Positions 54,053 to 64,000 of a stretch of 64,000 nt of DNA are shown piece after piece. The stretch comes from Camelus dromedarius (lineage: Eukaryota). A program made the translations under genes and the position numbers. The DNA lies in the NCBI RefSeq assembly GCF_036321535.1, contig NC_087436.1, positions 42,906,001 through 42,970,000 of the forward strand. The letters are read 5' to 3'. Each line of letters starts with the position of its first letter. Within the stretch, counting starts at the first letter, position 1. Below the pieces are notes generated by a model. The model saw nothing but the letters and a program-made list of their open reading frames with translations, was not told where the DNA came from and made no database searches.

Positions 54053-57000
54053 GTGAGTAATGCCCTTGGAGCAGACAAACCACCACACAATTCCTAATGA
54101 CTGTTCAGCTGTAGTTATGCCTGTAAAGGCAAAAGGATGAGCAATAAAGTCGTGTGGACTCATTCTGACACATTACGAAAACCCTTTCCCTCTCCACTCT
54201 CTTATTTCATCTCTTCTCTAATGCACACTTGAGAGTCGTATAAATCCTACTGTATCCAGAGAGAAACAATTTCCTAACATGACCAATAAATAGGTTATAT
54301 TTCCTTCCTCCCAAGAATGGATATAGCATTCAGTGTGACTTTGAGGAGGACCGGAGATCTCTTCTTCATTCTCAACTTGTTCTGTGGATATAATGATGTT
54401 TGTTGATCAAATGTGTTATTTTATAGTCATACTATATACTAATATTATGTAAAAGGTTATCAAAATTAAAAGTAAATAGAAATTTCTTAAGTAGATTTTG
54501 GTTCAAGTGACTGGTTGCTACAGAACCCCAGGTTGAATGCTGAAGCCTCTTTCCCTTCATTCCAGTCCTGGGAATTCTGAGGACACTGAGGCTTCTTGGT
54601 TTTTTATTTATTTATATACCTAGGGGCCAAGAGGATGCGCTTAACCTCTACTATCCCCTAGATACTATTGCCTTTTAAAACAGGTGGAAAAAAAGTGAAA
54701 CAAATTTTATTATCAAATAATATATATCTAACATATATACATACTAAGACTTTCTAAAACTTGACTCAGCTTCTAATACCACTGAGGATGAGAATTGTTC
54801 AGATCATTTAGAAATTAAATAGTTCAGAAAAGAAGACTATTCTTTATTAATATTCTGACCCTCTTCTCTCAGCATTCTACTTTTACTTATGAAATTTCAG
54901 AGAAATAGTGACGGTCTAGAAATTTAAGTGGAAGAAAGCTAACTGGGTGGGCGAAATAGCAGATGTGAGCAGCACTATATAGTTGTGATTCTTTGTATGA
55001 AACCCCGGCCTTTTCCAGGCTTTAGTACAATGGTGGCAGATAATTTAGAGCGTGTTGAACTGTAGTGTGTGCAGTGTGAGGCCCTAGGCTGGTTTCTCCT
55101 GGACAGACTTCTCTAGTTATAGTAAATTGCCAATCTATATTTTCTTTTCATTTAGTATGTTCTAGAAGAATATGTCTCTAAAGATCCATGGTGAATTACT
55201 TGAAGATGTGATTTACTAGCAAAACATTGCCTTAGTTTTCTGGAATCTTCCTTTGGTTTCAGTTTGAGTTTGGGAGCCCTAAATGTCTAGAGGACGGGAA
55301 GGTTAATGGCTTGTTCTTTTGGAAAACTTAGACAGGACTGTGTCCGTCTGCTACCACTTACCAAATTCTCCCATCAGGATAAAGGGAAAACAATATATTC
55401 CTTTGAAATTCCATGTCTTTGGCAATCAACTTCAAAATTCCTTTCTAGCCAAGGGAAGACCGTGCCCATTTTGTTACTTCTTAGAACTCACAGTGGTACT
55501 TTCCTTTGTAATGTGCACATACACGTTATTGGTGCTGTTAATCAGAGACTCTAATAAATTTGTCATTTGAAACATTTCACTCCATTTATGTAATTGTAAG
55601 TATACTGTAACGGCCAAGGATGAAAAATGTGAATTCTGTCCCATGACTTTTAAAAGATATTTTCTGAGGTCATGATATTACACTTCTGTAAGTGTCCAAA
55701 TTCAGCTGAGCCCTTCAAAGGCAGGAACTTGAATCAGAGATGGGAGTGGGCCTAGGATGTGGGCTGGGAAGAAAAACATATTTTCTGGCATATGAGCAAA
55801 AGTCATTAATTAAAAACTCAGGCAGGTGATTTCTGGAGAGGCTCACGACCAAGAGAAATAGCCTACTGTGTCCCCTGTCAGATTTCTTACAGGGGAGATA
55901 AATGTTTTTCTTTCCACTCTTACTCTGATTTTAGGAGAGGACAGAGATGAACTTCTTGATAGAACTCGTTACAGTTTCTGTCATTGTGTCTTGGTTTCTG
56001 TCACACTGCTGACTTAGATAAACTTGGGTTGAGTCTAGTTCTTGTGCTTGTTTCAACAGGCTGTGCTGTCAGCGTGCTAGGAGAGGCCCGCGCCTGTGCC
56101 TGAAAGGCAGCCTGTGCACACCTTGAGTGTGCTCTGGCACCGGCTCTGTTTCGTGTCTTTTCTACCCACCACGTATAGTCTGATAAGGATATGACTTGTC
56201 ATAGCATATTTACCAACATAGTAAAATGGAAAAGATCAACTGCTGAAACTTACTACCAGGCTTTTAACAAAAGGTTGCCCTTACTATTATCAGGCCATAC
56301 ATTTTTGTTTCCATATCATGAGTTGTATGTTAATTCACGTGCAGTAAAGAGGCACGGTGTAATTTGTCCATATCACTGAAATAAAAACATAGGAAGTATT
56401 ACATTTATCATCATTGTCACAGGCACCCATGAGCATGTGAGTGCTGTACAGTTTGTTTAAAAACCCCTCCTAGAACAGTAGCTGTTTAACGTTGTGCCCC
56501 TCTGCAGTACTCAACGTGGGGCCTTCTACCTGGTAAATACTGCAGCTTAGTCCTTCGTTTGAGGAATGAATGCGGTTCAACCAAAAGCACATTTATAATG
56601 TAAAAGGCAACATGGAGTAAAATAGATCGTTGTGTATGTTAATTAATATTGGATAAAATAAAGAGGATAAGCATATCCTCTTTGATACAGTGATATTGTA
56701 AAGATCTCCATTTGAGTATTTGAGTAACTGCCACTCTTGGGGGCTTATCAAACAGTAGAATTTACTGGACAGAAAATTATCAGGATCTACAGACCAGGCT
56801 AAGGCATAGCGGGCACTTTGAGGATGCCCCAGAAATGACAATGGGAGGAGGTTCAGAGTGGTGGGATGTTGGTGTGATGGAAGCACACCAGTCAGTATCA
56901 GCACCATCTGCTGGGTCCATGGACCATAGCCTTTGGTCTCAGGTGCAAAGTGTCAGGCCTGTGGATGTTGATTCAAGCAGTATTAGGAAGATTAAGCAGT

Positions 57001-57079
57001 GGTGACATAATTATAGGACTGTAATTCAGGGATAAGATTCTAGTTGTTGAGAGGATTTGGATCAAGTCAGAACCTTAAT

Positions 57080-57310
57080 AATAAAAGCAGCAGTAGCTGC
57101 CGTTTATCAGTTACCATGGACCCTGTGCTGCGGTAGCACACAAATCTTCAGAACAACTTGATGAAGAAGGTGCTATGATTGGCCCCAGGTTGCATAAGGG
57201 GAGGTTTAGCAACCGTGAGTTAGAGAACTTATTCCAGGTCACTCAGCTGGGAAGATAGGATTTAAGCCTAAGCAGTCAGATTACAGGGTCTGCAAGGCTG
57301 ATCACTACCG
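57080..57310 (-). mobile_element. MIR SINE
   Basis: aatcttcagaacaac...ggtcactcagctgggaag...ggatttaagcctaagcagtcagatt. Confidence 0.65.
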
Positions 57311-58404
57311 CTTCTCAACTGAGTTAGATGAATGAATAGAAAAGCCTTCTAGAGACCAAAGAATAGTTCAAAGCAGTGATGGGGAAATAATTTTACCAGC
57401 AACATTAAGGATTACTGGGGAAAATGGGTCTAAATTTAGTGATTGAAGAGATTAAAATAATCCCCACCTATGGGTTTTCAGAGCTATATAAAATTTGTAT
57501 CAGTAGGAATAAGAGAATAAGGTATATTTAAGATACAATGTGGAGGAGGAGGGCAGTATAATTTGGCAAAAGAGCAATGTATAAAGTAAAAATACCCGAC
57601 TTGGGATCAGTAAGGTGGCATTGGCCACAGCCTTTGGAAGATGAGACATAGAGAAGAACGAAATGGATTTGCCACGTTTAATTTAGGCCACATCAAGACA
57701 AGCAGTTTGGAGTGCTTAAAAAGAGATTATTTTCGAAGAGTGGATAAGTGTAACTTGGTGTTGGTTATTTGTGAACCAATCATTTAAAATCCAGGTATCA
57801 AAAGAAAAAACCAAACGTTAATCAGACATTTCTTGAGCACCTACTAAGGCCCTGTCTCGGCTTTGGACATAAATTAGAGCCAAACAGAAACAGACCTTGT
57901 GCGTGTGGAACGTGCAGGCCGGTGAATTAAAGATCACTTAAAAATATGTGGAAAGTGTGCTTGTGCTGTTCTTCCCAGAAAGAAGTACATCAGAGAAGTA
58001 CGGCATCCAGAAATATATCAGGTCCAAAAGAGCTTGCAGTAACAAGTGACAACTCTCTGTCACAGGAAGTAAAGGAGTATCAAGTCAGATGTGTTCTCTC
58101 ATTTCAGAGCCCGGAGAATACAATTTCCGTGAATCAGTTGACAGAAAGAAGTAAGTCCGAGGAGACAGATAGCTGTGCATTTTCAAATAACTGTATTTCA
58201 TACAAAGTCATAAGATTTCTTTAGTTCAAAGTATAAGAGAAATGGTTACTAAACCACTTCATGAGCAGCAATCTGGAAAGGAGGCTTCATACATACAACC
58301 GAGTCTTTTAGCAACAAGTCAACACCCGTGAATTGCCTCAGTGGAAAGTGCTGTCTTTCATAAAGCCTGACAGAGTAGTGTTATTTAATGGAAAAATCAT
58401 TAGG

Positions 58405-58500
58405 TGAGTGGATGGATATGAGACAGACAGGTAGGTAAATAGATAGATGGACAGACAGATAAATGGATGATTGGATGGATGTGTGGGTGAATAGATGAAG
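58405..58500 (+). repeat. Degenerate (GGAT/AGAT/AGAC)n tetranucleotide tract
   Basis: Directly visible. Confidence 0.75.
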
Positions 58501-61500
58501 ATATTTTAATGAAGATAATCTAGAGATTTGGGATTTTTAAGACTACTTCATAGAAATCAAGTGTATGAACAGAAAAGAAAGGAATCCATTTTCTGGCACT
58601 ATGATAAATATTCAGTAAATCCTTGTCACCGTGGGTAGTAGATATATCAAACTGTGAATTCTACATCTTGAATAATTATAAAATCACAATTATTCCACTT
58701 TTCATAGAACCATCTTTTTAAAAAAAAACTTAAAGAACATATCATTTGTGCATAATGTGTGTAGGTATATTAGAAACAAGCTATATATGTGAAAAATTCC
58801 AGTCATTCTGGAGTTGGTTTATTGAGTGCTTCGTGTATGCCAGGCTGTGGAGAAACAGTGGGTAACCGGCAAAGTCTCACTGTGGTTACACTCTGGTTCT
58901 TTCAATCTACCTGATAGTGTGTGCTGATAATGTAGAAGTAAATCAAGAAACAGGAATGGACTAGATTGATTCTTACAAACTTGTGTATATATGTGTGGTG
59001 ACAGAAATAGTACTTCCTAATCACAAACCTCAAGCACATGCCTCAGCTATAAACTCCCCATGCTAAGGACATAAATTCAGGCATCTGTACTATGTGAAAA
59101 TAAAAGCAAAAGTCCCTTGTACCATGTGCATAAAAGAACCTCTGCCATGTGCATGAATGAGCTGATAGTCAAGTTTTTCAATTCATGCAGTTTCATTTAG
59201 TTTAGTTTATTTCTAGGAGCTTTGTTCACACCTTCCTTGGCAAAGGAGAAGTGACTGAAAACACACCAAAGCATTGAATGATTAACTTCCTGTTGAAATA
59301 TTGAGACTTTCCAATAGAGAAAAGAAATTTAAAAGAACAGTTTCACTTCATAAAAGCTAATATCCGAGGGAATGTAAGAGTCAAATAATACGGACTAATA
59401 AAACTAGTAACTTGCTGTTTTATAATATCTGTAAAGAAAAAGCATTTTTTTTAAAAAAGTAAATCACATGATTTCACTACACATGTACATTCCGAATGTT
59501 GGAGTTTATATTGGTTAGATGGTTATCACATAGTGCACGGATAAATCTGTGATATGACTGATGTTGAAGATGTTAATATGACTAATATTAAAGATGATCA
59601 TCACCTTTGCTGAATCAGTTCCTTAGTAAAGATCATATAGTTTAGAAACCCTCGTGATGTTTATGAGATTTTCAAGAAGCAAGATTAAAACTATGTCTTT
59701 TCATAAGTTTTCCCCCTGTTTTATTTGGATCTGAGTAGTAAAAATTTTTGAGTACTTTGAATTCTAAAAATATCTACTGAATGGACTACCTTTTGAGAAT
59801 GAACAATGTTTATATCATCTGAGGAGTTTCCTCAGCATCACATCTTTAACAGGAAAGGGTGAGGAAGTCTGGCCTCAAAGTCTTTCATCTTTTTCAGCCT
59901 CCTTACCTCACTTATAAACTGAGGGGGTTGAATTATTTTATCTCCCAAGTCTCTTCTGGTTCTAAAAGTGATTCCAGCAACTTGTTTCTGTACTTTGAGA
60001 TATTTGAACAGTTTCAAGAAATCCCAAATCACCATGAAAGGAGTTGCCATTATGTCCATATGGAAGTACAGAACAAAGCTTGCAAACAGTTGCTGCTCAT
60101 TACAGCTGATATGCTATAAATGGTTGTTGACGCTAAGACCAGATGTCGTGGAAAATCCTGCATCATTAGGAAGCAATGGGGTGGGGAACGAACCTGGGTG
60201 TGAGAATGTCAGTAGAATCTATTTAAAAACCAACCTAAACAGTGATTGCATTATAAGAATTTGAGATATCTATATACTTGTGATGTTCATTTCAGGGATG
60301 AAGAACTAATTAATTAGTTCCAAGAGTCTATGAGTTACCCCAGTCCACACAGTTGATAACAGTGAGGCCCAGGACGTAAGTCTAGCTCTTCACCCTCTTT
60401 CTAGATCATCCTCAATCATCAGTGTTGCCTCTCATAGTGCTATGCCCCCAAGTTCACCTAGAGCTGTGATTGAAGACCTGGGTTTCTGACCTCACCTTTC
60501 TCATTTGTTTTAGAAAATCAAAATAGTGGAACAGTAGCAGATAAAAGGGTAATGATGATCTTTCTAAAGAAGTAGCCACTGGTTAGGTGAGAGATTCTAC
60601 TATTTCAGCTTTTGTAGAGTAAAATCACAAATCATTTTCCTTTCTGTAGGCATTCACAATCTGAACTAACCTACTTGCCAGTGAACTTTTGTGGTACAGT
60701 ATGTTTTTAAGTTGGAGGCTGTGTGAATGGTAGTAATTAAAGAAAATCAGAATAAGTGTGTATGCCCTGGTTTAAATGTTGGTTTAGAAATTCTTGGTAA
60801 TTAAGCCTCCCATATCCTTGCAGGACATGTCAGGATTACTCACACAACTGTATTGCAAAGAGTTGTATATAAGTCAAATTTGTGTGATACTGTTAATGTT
60901 TCTCCGAAGCTGGCCATTAGAAGAAACACTGTGATAAAACATTTTATAAAGCAAATAATCCTTTAATAAAGTCAGTAATCATCCTAATTTTTCAGTTGGC
61001 ATTCCATAATACTCTATTTTAGGCTTGCCTAAAAGATATGCATAAACATGAAGCCATTTCAGTGCTATTAATTTTTAAATCTATACAATACCTTTGAAAT
61101 AGCCCTGCCTTTTCCTGTACATAACTGCAGCTGAACAGTCTTCATGGGTATAAGGTGAAACACTGATCCAGATGGATTTATTATTTCCCGGATGACTCAC
61201 AGGCCCCTAAAGGGAGGTCTTCTAGGTCGCATCTAGGTATGACTATTTGCCTCAGTCATTCAGAGGCCATGCATGTTAAAACTCTGGGGCATTCCATTCC
61301 ACTTCTTCTGAATTGGCAGATACTTGGCATTTAAGGGCATAATGCACAGAGCACTGCCCTAAAGCTTCTTGATTTATTGATAGGAATAAAAGCACATTAA
61401 AGTTTATTCACTGATGAAACTGGCATTTGCTCAACAAACTTTAAATAGCACTTGAGATTTAAAACACCTAAAATGACTGATTTCTAAAGTGTTTGGAACT

Positions 61501-62333
61501 CTTTCCTTGAGTGAGTCTGTGCTTGTCAAACTAGGACAGATGTGCATGAGCAGAGATTACTGACATTGCAATGCTTTTGAAAGTGAAAGTTACTGAGAAA
61601 TAAACCATTGCTTACAGTTTAATGAGGTTTTCTCCAAGTTACTTATTCCATAAATTAAGAGCTGTAAATCACTTCTTGATTGAATCAAAAGATGCATGAG
61701 TATAAATTTTAAATTTTAGTTGTGAAAATAAAATGTCAGATATTAATAATATAACTGGTTAGGTACTATAGTATATTGATGGATAAACAGAGTTCCAAGT
61801 AATTTTGAATGTTAAGTTTTACTTAAAGTTATTTTAGTGTGGAGATCTTTCATATTCTTGAGACATCTTCATTCCAACACCCACATTAAATTATCATGTA
61901 GTTAGTGTTGATGTAAAAACCCTATCAGCCCTAAAAAAAATTACAGAGCTTTCCTTACAATTACCAATTGTCATGGCAGTGATGAATCTGATGGCAGTGA
62001 GCAGCAAGAGCCTGAAGAAGTCTGGTACTTTATTAAAACTTACTTGCCTACACTCTAGTTCTTGCAGACTTAACCTAATTTCTTCCAAGTTCTGGATATG
62101 AGTCTTTGCTAATTTGCATGGCTGGCTTAATTAATAAATTAAATATTGGTTTAGGCTGTGTTTACCCAAGGTCAAAACAACCTACAGAATTGACTAATTC
62201 AGTAAGAGGAAAAAAAGTAGCCAATTTCATGAAAAAAAAAAAAAAATGAAAGTAGTTGTTAATGTAGAAACAAAACCAGTTTGATTGACTGGTTTTAGAT
62301 TTTTCAGACAATTGTTTTGGCACTTGTAGAGTC

Positions 62334-62626
62334 CATTGTTTCCCAGCTTTTTTCAATCTGAGGCACATCTCTGAATTTGCCGGGTCTTATCCCGAGGTAA
62401 GGAGATGAACCACTCTCCCGAATATATATTCCAATCCGGACATACATTCATCCAGATACCTGGGGATGATAGACTTCACCATATTAATTAATTAGCCTCC
62501 TTTTCCTAACCATCTTCTCCCTTCATCTCTTAAAATCCACAGAGGTGGCCCAGGGAAATTTAAGACTGTCCTGGTGCTTATTTTCAAAGTACCAATGTAT
62601 CTCGATGCCCTGGTTGGGAAACAGTG
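62334..62626. mobile_element. hAT-Charlie-like MITE (about 290 bp)
   Basis: Terminal inverted repeats cattgtttcccagc / gttgggaaacagtg (12 of 14 complementary). Flanks ttgtagag and gtgtagac resemble a degenerate NTCTAGAN 8-bp TSD. Confidence 0.6.
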
Positions 62627-63429
62627 GTGTAGACACAGCCTTATTCCAAGTCTGAGTTATCAGTCCTTGAGTAACAATAAATACCTAAGAAAATAAAATG
62701 TGTCTTTCTTACAGTATTCTGAGATGTGAAAATAAATATATAAGTAATGCTTTGAATCACAGTTTGAAGACATATCAATTATTTTTAAAAATTGGCTTAT
62801 GAAAAAAAGCCGACTATAACATTTGGCAAATAATAGTAGACTCTTTCTGCCTTTAAGAATAAACAGATTCTTAAAGACAGCAATTTTAATACAGAATTCA
62901 GAGTAAGACTCAAAAATTTGTATGGAAATTGTTTGGAAACACAGAGGAGTCAAAATCACTACATTTGGGTCCAAACTGTTGAAGTCAACTAGGATTTAAT
63001 TTGCACAGTTTCATTTGCCAAATGTCTGTAGTTTGGTCCAACTCTTGTTATCATTTTGCCAAGTTTCCTTCTGCTGAAAATGTCTGCTCTGTTAGGCTTC
63101 TAAGCCAATGTCTGTGGCCAAGTCATGCAGCCCTTGGAAGCATGTGAGCAGGTCAAGACAGGTGCGCCCCTTCGTTGGATTTCTCCCTAAGTGAATTCTC
63201 TCTTCAGCCCAGTATCTCTCCAGTGCATTTATGCATCTGTCTGAAGCCTGCACACATGATCATTTGTAATCATTTTCTAACTACATTTTCCCTGGGATTT
63301 AGGAATGAAAGTCTCCGGGAGAGAGGACAGTGCATGACTTTTTTTTTCCCTCCCTATCGTATAAAATGCTAGTTTTGAATAGTCACTTAAAATCGGTTCT
63401 CACTTCAGTCTTTCTTTTTTTCTTTCTGA

Positions 63430-63543
<114 letters not shown>

Positions 63544-64000
63544 TAGAGGCCCTCCCTCTCCTGAGCAACTTGTTCTTTTCTGGCTCCAGGCACATCCCAC
63601 TTCCTAACCAAAACTGGATGGAAATGTTCATTTTGACAAGTTGACTAATTTTAAGATATTGGACCATTATAAGTACCTAACATTCCTGACATGAAAGGTA
63701 TATAGTGCAGAAATAATTTAAGGGAAAATATAATAGAGCAATAACACATAGACTTTTAAGTTAAAGGATGGGTAAAAAATGGATTATGTACTGAGAATAG
63801 TAGGAGGATTGCAAATATTCTAAGATTACTTTATTTGAGAGAAAACCGATTGTTCACAGACAGCCTCGCTTGATGCCAAAAACGCCTCTGTAAGTAGTAG
63901 GTACTCAGGAAATACTTGCAGAATATTTTACATATTTTGTGATGAGCAAATTAAAGTTTTAAAAATATTATAAGGTATATACAGAAAGATTTATGTCTGT

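Overview
AT-rich mammalian genomic DNA, probably from a camelid or other cetartiodactyl (inferred from the L1 3' UTR type; I saw no Alu or other lineage-specific SINE). The whole window lies inside the CAMK2D gene (CaMKII delta) on the + strand. About 50 kb of a large intron is followed by a 66-bp kinase exon (49791-49856), two homologous 73-bp exons that both encode the alphaE/HRDLK catalytic-loop segment (52962-53034 and 53980-54052), and a 103-bp DFG-containing exon (63436-63538). The two 73-bp exons form a mutually exclusive pair. The ORF track does not show any of these exons in their coding frame. The rest is intronic and contains L1, L2, MIR, an antisense solo LTR with a 4-bp TSD, and DNA-transposon relics. 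The most interesting feature is the regulatory layout of the mutually exclusive pair. Double inclusion and double skipping both hit a stop codon early in the next exon. RBFOX motifs sit in opposite positions around the two exons. A purine-rich intronic element could base-pair with competing partners flanking either exon. Repeat family names come from recalled consensus sequences, not a database search, and old-repeat boundaries are approximate.
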